Of a stretch of 64,000 nucleotides of DNA, positions 40,118 to 52,149 are shown in pieces. The translations under genes and the position numbers were made by a program. Each line of letters starts with the position of its first letter. The stretch's first letter is position 1. Below the pieces are notes generated by a model. The model was not told the DNA's origin. It made no database searches and worked only from the letters and a program-made list of their open reading frames with translations. Origin of the DNA: Raillietiella orientalis (lineage: Eukaryota); assembly GCA_036172245.1 (NCBI GenBank), contig JAYWIR010000022.1:1612001-1676000 (forward strand), read 5' to 3'.

Positions 40118-43100
40118 TCAATGTTCCTTGTGCTTCTTCTGGACATCCTGCATTGCTTTGTCCAATCCCAGGACCTTGGCACACCATACAAATCTATTCT
40201 GTGGGCAAATGCTAATTCAGAAATGCAGATAACTGTTCATTCATTTCTTACCTTTTTAGTACAATCAAGCAGTAGGAAATGCTGGGCAGAAAAACAGTAG
40301 GACGGTTATGCAATATGCCAGATACAATGCTGTTAGCAACACAATTGGCATCTAGAATGGGTATCCACCTACATGTCTATATGATGGAGGTGTATTAAGT
40401 GGCTAGACCAACCTGCTTTTGACACCAGCAAACAAAGCTGTGTTCATGAAATAAGGGCAGACTAGAGTGGTATGAATGGCAGGTTCACATAACTGCAATA
40501 TAATAATCAGTGGTCGTAAAAAAATGCTTTTATAAACATTGATGATTTTGAAAGTCATGTTTGTAATTTTAATTGTGATATTTCATAAAGCTCATTCAGC
40601 AACTTACTTTCAGCTCTATTGCCAAAGCTTCATGAAATCCATTCATTCCAAATTTTGATGCACAATAATCAGTTAATTGATTCAACCCAAATAGACCACC
40701 CATACTAGATATATTAACAATGTGACCTTTCTTCCTTGTCATCATGGTGGGCAAAAAGGTTTTACACATCTAATAAAGTAGGCAGAATTTTTGCTTAGTA
40801 AATACCTTTACACTCACCCATAAAGGTCCTAACAAATTTACTGATACCGTGGTTAGAATTTCCTCTTGGCTAAGATCTTTAAAATTACTTCCACTGACAA
40901 TGCCTGCATTATTTATTAAAATGGATATGGGCCCTACTTCTTGTTCTGTTTTCTTTGCTGCTTGTTTAATTTGGTTATAATCGGATACATCAACTGTGTA
41001 ATTGTGGGCATTGAAACCTTTCTGTCTGAGAGATTCCACCAGCTTGTTATTTGCTGATTAAAAAAATTTTTTTTCTCATTGCAGTCGTTTTGTATGTAAA
41101 TGCAACTTTGCTAGCATATACAAATGCATAAACATTACCAGAACAAGATTTATAGAATGTTGTTTAGATTTTTTTTGTTCTATTGTACCAGTGATTTCTT
41201 GAAGCAGAATCTCAAGAAATTTACGAATACGCTACGTGGGCAAGGCAAGTCCGAAATAGCGTCATTAAACCGATTGTGCAATTTCATGCATTGTAAGGTA
41301 ATCATCTATTCCGACTGTTGTGTTGTATTCAGCGTGTAGCGGGGAATTCAATATCTGGTGTACAATATCATGCTAAATTTTACTTGATCGATAAGGCTTG
41401 GCTACATGAAAACAACAATATGAAATCACGTTTTGTTGTTTATGGGCAGCATGGTAACCATGTTTGTGTAGGCCTCATTTAAATTACAGATTTCAAAATG
41501 TCTTCCGGTATATCGTCAATACTTTTCGTCAGACTTTCGCGGACTTGGCGATTATCTTTTTGTCGAGAATGCAATTCCCGTTCGGGGCATCCGTGTTCTA
41601 TCACTGGTTGGGAATCAAAAGGCTTGGCAGGAAGGCATGTATACGGGCTTTTGTCGAACTAGAGCGCTTGGTCACCGCTTCACGCCATGAGATTATTGAG
41701 GACCCCTCACAAATCAGAACCTGATAGCCATGCATCACAGCGAAAAACGCGCATATTTTAAAAAGTTGTTTTTCCCTGTAGGAAGAAAAAAAAAACTATC
41801 CTCTCATCGCGCTTCCGAATTTTCAGGGTTTACACGTTTTCCCGGTGAGAAACTACGGGTTGCGTTGTGAAACTTGCGACTCACCGGGCGGCTTGCACCG
41901 GTCCGTTAACGGCACTTTATAATTCCGATTTATCATCTCACTAATCTGTGATGCGAGTCGCATCAGCTTCTTTTGGCTGGAATCGGTGAGTTCGTCTTTT
42001 TTCTTGGCTCATTGCATGGTTGGTTTTTTTTGTTTTGCTTTTCGAAGTTCACCTGTTTCGTAAGGACCTTTTTTATGTAATGGCGATTTTTACCTCAAGA
42101 TTTATTTAAAAATGCATTTAACCGACTTCTCCGGTAACTTGGTTTTGCACCTCGCATGCTTACACGGCTTAATACCGGACGTGTTCATGTCGAGGCTTCT
42201 GGCATGTTTTGAATTTGACACTTTATTATTCTTCGATGCTTATCAGGTAACCTGTGTATGCATTTTCGGAACGTCAAATCAAAGACAAGCCACCTCGTAA
42301 GCTATACGAAAGCAACTGGATCTCAACTTGATTCTTTTACAACTTTTTCAGATGTATCGAAAGCCTATCGTCCCAAATGATAAAAGCGTTATCATCACCG
42401 CAAACAGGGAACAAGCTGGTGGTTCCACACTAGCAAAGTCCGGCACAATCACAAGGCGTTTCTGATAGAAAAAAAAAAACACACAAAAAAACTTCTGACC
42501 CATTACTTTTGACGATGCTAGGGCAATTGCACATTTCATCTTCTCGGTCTTTACAAATTACGTTTTCAGTATTTGCGTATGCTTGCGCGGAACGTGCGTG
42601 CGTTATGCGCGATTTGTTTTTACTTTATTTTCGTTTGCTGCCGCAAATCCAAGTGCAGTACAAAACGGTACATTCCGTATTCTTCCTTTGAAAGGATGCC
42701 TTTACAGTTTTCAACATTTTGAGGGATATCAGCAATTTTTCTTAAATACTCACGATCTATCGTGAAAACTGCAGTAGTTTGCGCTATCACAGTTGATTAA
42801 GCAACCCAGTTCAGTTGCTTTACCAACATGAAAATTCTATATGATGAACGAATGTCAACAGTAACTCCAGCAATAACACAACATTGCACCAAGAATTTCA
42901 TAAGTATCCAATTAAAAATTTTTTTTTTTTTTTTCTCTAACGAAATCTCATTTCTCACCTGCTTCGTTAATATCCCAGGAAACGACCGTACAACCTAATT
43001 CTGCAAATTTATTCGCCAAAAGTTTCCCGATTCCATCCGCTCCTCCAGTAATTAACACAATATCTCCATTTACGTTTTTTTTTTTGTAAGTCCCCGGCCA

Positions 43101-43202
43101 GAGCAACAGTAAACATTCCAGTATCAGCGAGAAGGTTACTACGGCTACGGTTACCACACCAACGAGGCAGAGTTTGAGCATGTCCGGAAGAGCGGTACAC
43201 AT
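40118..43202 (-). CDS. Short-chain dehydrogenase/reductase, SDR16C (RDH10/SDR16C5/17beta-HSD11-like), 6 exons
   Basis: N-terminal hydrophobic segment, KKNVNGDIVLITGGADGIG (TGxxxGIG), VSWDIN, YTVDVS, ILINNAGIV, GHIVNISS, DYCASKFG (YxxxK), TTLVCPYFMNT; ends KHKEH* at 40118-40120. Confidence 0.92.
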
Positions 43203-43800
43203 GCTTCCGGCCCGTGGTACTCCGCTCCGTCACTGCATCGGACTTTCCTTGCCCTGGGTTAAGTATACGCCCCATCTGGTACGTAATGAAATGCGGCGAT
43301 GTTATTGGCTGTGAAGGGAATCTGCCCGAGTTCCCGAGAAAGTGGAGTGGCGCCCAAAAGGCAGAAGCATCCTTTCGCGGAGAGGTTGGCAGTGTACGGC
43401 GAAAGTGTTCAGCCGCACGCGTACACCGTTCTGTTGACTTTCCAAGTCGGGACCGCCGTCGCCGTGGCCGCCATTGCTCCGGGAAGCCCCGTCCTCTAAC
43501 GACTGGGGAATGCCCGCACGTCGTTTTCCCCCGAGCTTCCCGTGACCGTGCTCGCCGCAGCAGCATCCAGGGGAGCGGAGTGGTGTGGCGTGCACGACAC
43601 GCGGGAAGCTTTCTTCTGTGTGTACCCCGCCGCAAGCGCGCGTGGAATGATGGACCTCGTGATTTGGGTGTGATCGAAGCAGCAGCAACGGGGTGGAAGA
43701 GAGTGGTCCCAAGCGCTGTGTGAGTGCCAAGTGCACTCGCAGGTTTGAAGTGCACACCGGGGGCGGGAGGGAGCTTCATCGAGGACGACGTTCTCTTCCC
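43130..43800. promoter_or_regulatory. GC/CpG-rich island at the 5' end of the SDR gene
   Basis: Abruptly GC-rich with dense CpG (e.g. gaccgccgtcgccgtggccgcc, cgcaagcgcgcg) immediately upstream of the SDR ATG on the minus strand. Confidence 0.55.
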
Positions 43801-44109
43801 GTTTGCGGCTCACTTCTTTCACATGAACTGTTTTTCCTTTTCTTTTCTTCTCTTTTTTGTTTTTTGCGAAACGCTCTGAAATCTGAGTACTGTGCATTGG
43901 TTCACCGAGCGGTATTCCCGATCACGTACTTTTTTCGTCCGTGCCCTCTTGCATTCTTTTTCATGATCAGTAAGCTCCTTGAGATGGGTGTGATTAAACA
44001 CTTGTTCCCTTTGACTCACTGTTTCGTTAGCAGATTCAGAGGATGCTGCTGAAAGATGCTAATCGGCATTACACTGCTTCATAGTATTGCGTGTGGTTAT
44101 TGCTGTATT

Positions 44110-44250
44110 ATGATGTGGGAAATTTGCGATGGCAAAGACAAGGATACAACAACTCCGTTGTGGCAGTAAGGAATCTGTCAGATCTCTTCCCAAAGATGAT
44201 ACCGATCGGATTATCGAGCCCTATTCATGAACTTGTCTTTGACTAGCTCG
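44110..44250 (+). mobile_element. Possible decayed hAT-like transposase fragment
   Basis: Translation with a frameshift gives EI.RW...YNNSVVAVRNLSDLFPKMIP, resembling the AEIxW...HxS...LFxxMFPDS motif of hAT-type transposases. Confidence 0.25.
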
Positions 44251-45146
44251 TCTAGATTGTTTCGAAATTTCTGTGCACATGTCTATTATCTAATTGAACT
44301 CCAGCGGGAAGATGTCTGAAACTCTGTTTCGGGTTTCAGAAAATTGTATTCTAAACACATTACCTGTAATATCTGGGGAAAAAAAAAAATGAATCTGGTA
44401 CTGCACTTGTCAATGTTGTCCATCAGCTTTATGGGATTGAGTCAATGGGTTTTGAATTGAGGCTCTGAATAATTTCTACGCTTGGGAGATTTCCATTATA
44501 CATATATATTTTATTTCAAATCATGTATGTTTAAATCTAAATGGATGCAAAGATATCATCGCGTATGCACGTACCTTGCACAATTTATAGTCTGTCTTCA
44601 CAGCACGCGTTCGTATGTATATGTGAGTTGCATACATTAACGTGTGCCAAACACACACACAAACAGTGCATAATTCTAATACGAATTCCCGGTTTACCCT
44701 GCAGTCAGATGTTACACATTCCCAGATTCCATCCCAAATACAGTGTGCACTCTCGATACAGTCACCTTTGATAAAAGAAACTTTTCGACTCTTGATGCAG
44801 TCAGCATTTTACGTTTTCTGCCATCCGATAAGGGAAGCTTTTTTTCAACCGCGTTAAAGATGGGGGGAAGTAAGGGGGATTCATTAACTATTCGAATGAA
44901 AGGTTAGATGGTTTAACGTGGAATCGAAAAGGGAACGGAGGTAAAAGTGCCGTGTGCGAAATGCAACGTGGTTCCATCAACCATTTCGAAAATCGTGAAA
45001 AAAAAAATGAAGAAAACTAAAGAGGAGGCTGTGTCGCCCCACGCTGAGTTGTTCCAAAACATAAAAATAGGATGAGCATCTCGAAATTTCATGAAATGGG
45101 ACCAGCTTTGCACTCCTGGCTTCTGGAACAGCGAGACTCGAGGAAA

Positions 45147-45167
45147 AACAACAACAACAACAACAAC
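45147..45167. repeat. (AAC)7 microsatellite; a similar (AAC)6 tract lies at ~58640-58657
   Basis: Read directly from the sequence. Confidence 0.85.
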
Positions 45168-45369
45168 ATCGCAAAAGAAATCCTAAAATGGGAAGGTCAG
45201 GCACACGGGAAAAAGCAATCGTGAGGAAGTTCGAATCCAATTTTATATCGTGTCATCATCATTTGCCATACAGTATCATTATTTTTTACTTTTGTGATGT
45301 TACTGAATTTGTTCATTTGATTATAAAAATTCATGTTACTGTTCGACAATTCGGTTTCTTTTATTTCCT

Positions 45370-46200
45370 TATCTCAAATGATTTTTTTTTTTTTTTTTCT
45401 TTAAATTTCGACTGTTCATCTCGATGCAGTCAACAGCATTGCATAAAGGCAGCGTTTTCCAAATTTTGATTCCAGCAAAGGTGACCATATCGAATGTGCA
45501 GTGTACGTTCTTCCAAGAGTTCGCGTGGGAGGTTGCAGCAGTGTGGAGGAGGTTCGGGGAACAGAATCGTTTGCGCTCTCCATACACCTTTTGATCATTT
45601 CAACTGGTTTTAAAATCCCGTTTTCGTCCATCATCTAAAGTAGTTTGATTTTTGGTTTCAATGGAAGTTGCGGAATCTATTTCCTCCCATTTGTTCGTTG
45701 CTTCTAAGTTCAGGAACTTTTCTCGACTCTTGTCTTTTGACCTCTGCCGATTCGGGCTGACGAAGACTGACTTTCGCATGTTTGAATTCCCCTGGTGGGG
45801 GCAGCAAATGCACAATAAGCGCATCTCACAAAAGCCAAACTTTGCAGCATCCTTTAATGAAGTTTGGGATCACTAAATCCCATACAGCGTGACGTGTCAC
45901 ATCTGGGGCATTCATTTGTTCCCCGCATCCGTTGGGTTTGTAAGAGTTCCATTGTTTTAATGGAACAGAGTTGAATCTCTTTCGTTGATGGCTCCACTTA
46001 CGAACACACCTTCCATGCTCCAAAGCTTTTAGTTGGATTCGGACAGACAGAGTTTGAACATGGGAGTTTTCGGAAGACATTATTTGAAGAAAATCAAATG
46101 GATCTCGGCGTCGTCGTCATCTGTGGGAAGAAGCGACTACTCTTTGCGAAGAGTCAGTTTATTCTGTCGGCACCGCGAGATCCTCAAAGATTCTCAGTGG
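45370..46200 (-). mobile_element. Decayed non-LTR retrotransposon 3' end (CR1/L2/Crack-like)
   Basis: Minus-strand fragments RISRCRQNKLTL (cf. WxxxNKLxLN) and TFAGIKIWKTLP...NSRNLKK (cf. FxYxGxKLWNxLP...FKxxLK), followed by a minus-strand A-run at ~45382-45399. Confidence 0.55.
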
Positions 46201-49200
46201 GAAATCGACGAAGAACTTATTCTCTTCGCGGCTACTATTATCAAGCAAACATATCAAGCTTCCTTCACGGATATTGCTCAACTAACAGACCATACTTTAT
46301 CATATGCATGCACTTGTTCACTCTTCAGGGAGCATTTTGGTAGGAGTACGTGAGCGAGACGAAGGGAGATCTCAGTGACGACCAGCGTCATGCAGGCATG
46401 CAGATCTGCAATCACGACAAATCACAGCAGCTTTTCATTTATCGCGATCTTGTCGTGGGGCAAAAGTATACATCAGAAGTGCTTCTCGAGCTACTCCTCG
46501 GCCCACTTCTGCGATCTTTTCTATCACAGGTCACCGAATTGTTTCCCATCTGCTCATCTTTCAACGCTGATCTCCTACAGTCTCAAATCTGATTAGGAAG
46601 CAAATGACTTGCAACATTCGCAAGCCATTTGCTTCCATCTCCCTATGGCGCGCCTCTTGAGCGATGCTTTTGCTTCTGGTGACCAAGATATGAAGAGTTC
46701 GCTATTCGGTCAGAGTTCATTTCACCAGTGCTTGCATACTGCTCTTTGTTGTCCTGAGTCGCCCTTTGTTTCTTTGAGAACACCATTCGCCAGTCATGAA
46801 GAAAAAGACCTCTGCTGATTGATGCATGCAGTCACGATTTCACTTCCCATTCACAAGGGAAAAAAACAGATCTCAAAAAAAAAAAAAAAACCGAAAAAGA
46901 AAGAAAGAAAGAAAGGAGCAGTTAAGAGAGCAGATGTAACACATACTGTAACACATACAGTTCTGTATTAGACAGCAACAGCAGACAAAGAAAGAGATGA
47001 GAATGCTTGAAGGGTCTCCAGAAAATGCACCACATTTCACATGCAACAGCAATGTAGACTTTCAAGGTCATTCGCCGAAACAGAGGTCAAGATGCTTTTC
47101 CAAACGAAGGAATCGCCTTCCCCCCACCCCAACCCCCCATTCACTTCGAGCAGCTTGCTTCATCAGAGAATTCATCTTCATTGGTGATTTGAAAGCGGAC
47201 AAAAATAAACGCATCGAAGCGATCGGAAGAACAAAGCCAACAGTGGCATTCCGACAGTCTGTCTGCCCCCACACATCTGATTCGGAATTTCCCTGCTACG
47301 CACAGCGGAGAAACAACCATTCTTTCGTGATTTTTCCGAGCGATTTATTCATTCCTCGAGACGACAACCTGTTCCCGGCAAAGTCCCCGGATTCCTTTGC
47401 TTTCCGCGGCGTGTTGCTGCGCCCTCCTGCTTTTCATCTGCCCCTGTTCCCAAGTTTTCTAGCTGCGAGCTGCCTCCTCCCCGGCTAGAGTTCCTGAAAG
47501 AGATCCCAAACTGAAAATCGGGCTGGGTCGTCCACTCCCGCATATGAGTTCGGAGTCAGCCTTGAGAGGCTACTCCACCGGAGTGCCTGGCAATCCCAGA
47601 CAGAACTCGTTTCCACCATTGTCATGGTCTCCTTTGCAACCCTGTCTCGTATAAGCACGAAGGCACTCAGACGAGGAAATCGTGAGACGGTGGGGGGACA
47701 TTTTGCCCTCCAATCATGCCATGCGAGGTAAATTCACCTGCAGTCTCCGCACAGTCCCGCTACAGGAAGCCATGACGCTCCCACCAAGAGCGTCTCGATC
47801 GGGCGGGGGGGGGAGGGAGGACCGTGTCCCACGTAGGCCAACTGTGCCTCAGATTGTTTCAGACTCAACGAAGAACTCGCGAGATTCTTCCCGCCAGTGC
47901 TCCGTGCATGTAGCGCCGGCCTCAACTTGCTTCTGCGCATGAGTCCCCTCTACTGGAAGAGGGCAGGTCGGACGTGCAGAAGATGCACACGGATCCAGGG
48001 GATGAGACACATCAGTATATCCTCTGGGTCCGTGAGTGCGTCCATGCCGGTTTCATCACAGCCAGGAAACATGACGACGATCCGTTCAGTGACCAGTCTA
48101 AGAGGCGGCAGCAGAAGCGGTGGGGAGTTGGTGTCTTTCCTACTGCCAGCTAATCCCCTAAGGAGTTCAGTTCAAGACCAATTCTGGTCGCATCATCGTT
48201 CTCGACGTCTGCTGCTCCTTCAAGAGATCACTGACGGCATTCGAGGAGGCGCGACAAAGGGAAGCCAACTTCGCGGACTGGTTCTTGGCTTCTCCAGCTG
48301 AGGAGTACCAGTAACGGTGTACTCTGAGATTTTGGGATCCGAATGAATGGTGGAGCCCTAGAGCAACTGCAGATCCTCTGTAGGGGTGCTTACTCGAGAG
48401 ACCTATGACAGTGTGCTTCCGTGCAAGGCATAGACGAGACGCATATTGGACGCACCATGTGTGCCATCAGCCAAGGTAAAGCAGTTGGAGCAACAGGCGT
48501 CATGAAAATCCTATCTCAATGAAAACCTAAAGAATTTAACGGCAAAACAGCAACAGCCTTAGCGGAGTGACCTTGAGGAGTCTGAAGGAGTCAGACGTTG
48601 CAAAAAACTAGCTCCAAAACAGAAAAGAACTCCTCATTCGTATTCAGTTGCTGGGTACTGTGAGGGATTGCACGCCAACAAGTGGTGCGTTAGCAGCTAC
48701 CCCGTTAGCTTCCCTCCAAAACGCATCCCCGTTCGTTTGTCGAACTCATGGAGACCACCACTTTCTTTGGCATTGTTCTATTTTTTGCTCGCTACCCGAT
48801 GTTCTTGAAGACCATGAAAAACTATGGATGATGGCGTCAGAAAACGGGGAATTTTTAAAGACACTGGCTCGGCGCAGTGCTACGGAGAACCGACTCCGCA
48901 ATTAGCTTACGTGAGTGTCAGCTTTTGTAATTCGCACACACACGCACACACAAAATATTGAAGATGAGCACAAAAGACTAAAAAAGTTGTTTTTTGGAGC
49001 AAACATGTTAATCTAATCCGCTTTGAAGATTCGTAAATTGAAGTTGGAAGCAGGAATTCATCACGGGACTGATAGGAGCGGAAGAATAGATTGCAAAAGG
49101 AGTACGGAAAATAACGAAGCCTGAAAAAACTTAATGCTTTCAGATTTTTTGCAATTGTGAACTTTGTAGTGAGAAAATTTCCCCAGCGAGCGATCTTTTA

Positions 49201-49379
49201 AGCAGATTTCAAAGGCAGGAAAGGGGTAGGAAGCTTTTCCTTTCGGCTCTGAGATGGCGCTTGCAAGTCAAGAGTACGAGCTTCCCCGTTCTTTGAAACG
49301 GTTACTCCATAACAGGGACAAAACTGGTTTATGGAAGCACAAACAGACAATCAGGTCCAATACAAAATCACAAGAGACA

Positions 49380-49480
49380 AGTGCTCGTGAGAGTACTTTG
49401 TGCTATCAATATGGTGACATCAAGCACCCCTATGGAGCAACTTCAGGAAATAGTGGGTGTGTCAACAGAGCAGTTGGCTT
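49380..49480 (+). mobile_element. Possible non-LTR (R1/LOA/I-group) post-RT fragment
   Basis: VLCAINMVTSSTPMEQLQEIVGV resembles the ITGAxxSTPxxALxxxxG motif; short and isolated. Confidence 0.25.
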
Positions 49481-49699
49481 GCACCACCTCAATCAAAGCA
49501 AACCAACTACATCTGCGACCAGTTAGGACGAAAGATCAGGTAAGATTTTCAGAAGTTTCCAGAAATGCTCTCAGCGTATAACGAGACATGCCGACTCTAT
49601 AATCAACGGTCCGCGGATTGTTGCTATCATTTTAAGATGTCAGGGTTGCTTGGGAGATTCAAGAAGATGGATCAAAAAGTGTCCACATTTTGTTCGTGT

Positions 49700-51950
49700 T
49701 TCAGGTGGTAAAATAAAAGCAGAAGAATTGCTCTTTCGAACTCCCTCTATATGGGCGGATTACCCATCATAAAGTTTGGTCGTGCAATTATTGACAGCCA
49801 CACAATCTCACCTTAGTCAGGCAGGTCGATGAGGGCTGAAGAGAGGGAAATCCTGATGTACAATCGTGCCATAATTTCTATTTTATCCCTCATTTATCAA
49901 AAACGAGAAATAAAGATTGTTTCAATAGATTCACTAATGATCCACACATCTCGAGGATGTGACCGGGGAACGTGTTTCGGAAAAACGGATTGTCGTCCCC
50001 CTAACTTTGGTTGCTTCCTTTGAGAATCGTCTTCTCAGTGCAGAATTTCCTAGACGACTGATGTCCATGGACAATCTGTGGAACATCATGGTCCCTAGCG
50101 CACAGTTTACCAGCATCAAAGTTTTGCAGGGCGATTTTTTCTCGCTAAACTTCACTTGTGTGAGGAATAAGAGCAAGATTTTCCCCACAACCACCCTGTT
50201 GTGAATTTGAGAATCCAACAGCCGCAAGTTCTGACATCAGCTCCAGAATCGAGATGGGTGTGCTTACACAGTGCTTACGGCTAGACTGTGGAATCTGACA
50301 TGTTCCAAGAAAATGGGGAAGGGATGCTCATGTAGAAATTGCAAAAGAAAACATGATTTCCGAACAGAAAAGAACGAAGAGGAGTCGGTTATTTCCTCCG
50401 AAATCACGAGCTTTGAGACCATCCTTCCCTATATCTCTTTTCTCTCAGGTCCATATTTCATGCTGCCTTTGAATTTGAAAAGCGCTTTGGAACCGAAATT
50501 CGAAGGGCTACAGCTCAAAGCCGATGGATCGGGAACTCGGGAAAGACTCTCCCTAGACATATTAGCCTCAACATACTATTCTTGTGGGTTCCTGGACCCT
50601 TACTTCCTTCTAGTGGATTCCACTGCCCACTGCTGATGGAGAGAAAGCACTGGGAGACGAGAGAGGGGAACGAGGGGATCCTGATCTAGGATGATGGAAA
50701 TCCTTCTTGGGTTCGTCAAGATACTCAAGAACCGTCCGTGTCTAGAAGCGTCCCTCGACGCTGTCACCACCGGGGGACTGTCAGTGCCACTCAAGAGTGA
50801 GTGGAACACAGTCAATCCTCCGATAATACCATCCTAATGAATGCAGTCCGTTCCTCTCTGAATCGTGGAAGGGGGCCCTCTGCCTGGTTATCTCCGAAGG
50901 GAAAGTCTTTCTTATTCTCTCCGGAGGGACCCCCCGAAGAGGGTTGCTCTGGATTTGCTCAATGGAGGGGGAATCTGTCCTTAATTACTCCTCTGAAGGG
51001 TTTCGCCGAAGGCAGCAGCATGCTTCCAACACTCTGGAGAGGAACCCCCCGAGGGAGAAATCAACTCCATGGACGCTATAGAGGGACCCCTGAGGCAGAC
51101 CCCTTCCGATCCCCGCTAATCAGAGGCAGCCTTTCCAGCCGGCTTCCCTTTCCAGCGCGCACAAGCATCACATCTGTGCCGCACTCTAAGCCTATCGGCG
51201 AACCAGTGACTTGCGGGATGTGACTTGAAACCTCCACGGCGCACCTCTTCTCGGCGTTTATTTTCACCAGGTCAACCGCTGCTCTGGAGGATGTTGGCAA
51301 CTTCCTCCTTTTGTTGGTAGAGATGTGGCCATCTTGTCGCCTTCTCCGTGAAGAAGCAGACCCTTTACGGGTGTTCGAACTCGCCACGCTTGGCGTTACG
51401 CGTGGCAGCCAGCCGTAGCCACACAGCTGCCGATGCAAGTTTTTTTTTTTTTTCAGGGTCGTGCGCTTATTCAGAAACACAGGTCACCAGAATCATTCTT
51501 TGTCGCACTTCGTGAAGCACGAAGACAAGAAACCACCAGCTTCCAAACCTGTACAGATCATCATCGCATCAACTGTCATCAACTGTTATGCCGTTCAGCG
51601 TGTTTTCCAAAAATATTTTCACTTCGTCGATGCAACAGTTGCAGCTGCAGCTCTCCGTCAGAGTGCACACAAGTGTTGTAGGAGTCCCCTGCTTTCACGG
51701 ACTTCACTGCACCTTGGGAATTAAACACATGCACCACTGTCAATTCAATTCCTCTCCGTTGCGCGAGTTCAAGATACCAAGTGTTCATTTCTTGATACCA
51801 TTATGGCGACGCTCTTCTCAGCGCCGATTTCCACAACTCCTCATGTGCTTCCTGAGAGTTTCAAACGCACTGCATGTAGCCCGAAACTCTCCCAACTTCA
51901 GCCGCCAACGTGTCAACAAGTCGCTGCACAAATGACACGAGTGACTGTCA
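49700..51950 (-). mobile_element. Possible decayed Tx1-like ORF1 plus start of APE endonuclease
   Basis: LTVVHVFN...GAVKSVK; a degenerate knuckle RNAKRGEFEHP*RVC at ~51355-51400 (CCHC-like if CGT codons derive from TGT); a low-complexity spacer; then TSSRCV and RPY..SKEQFF, loosely resembling APE motifs. Confidence 0.25.
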
Positions 51951-52149
51951 ACTTTTAGTGTCTTTCCGGCGAGTCTTCACTAGAAGGAAGGAAGAAAGGG
52001 ATTCGAGTCACTCGAGAGCGGGGAGAAAATCGTGCCCACCACCACGTCCCACACGAAGGAAACATGGTGCAGCAAACACTCAGCAGATGTGCAGAGCTCA
52101 TTTGAGCCGACAAAACTCGAAAACTTGCTAATTCCTATCCAAACGAACA

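Noticed and set aside
40866..40878. TTGGCTAAGATC U2-like 12-mer
   Set aside because: Lies antisense within an SDR coding exon and is too short; coincidental.
41930..41970. GATGCGAGTCGCATC palindrome in SDR intron 1
   Set aside because: A 7-bp stem is expected by chance in 64 kb; no TIR/TSD structure seen.
43009..43779. 256-aa and 169-aa overlapping ORFs upstream of the SDR gene
   Set aside because: Arg/Pro-rich with no recognisable domain; expected by chance in a GC-rich island with few stop codons.
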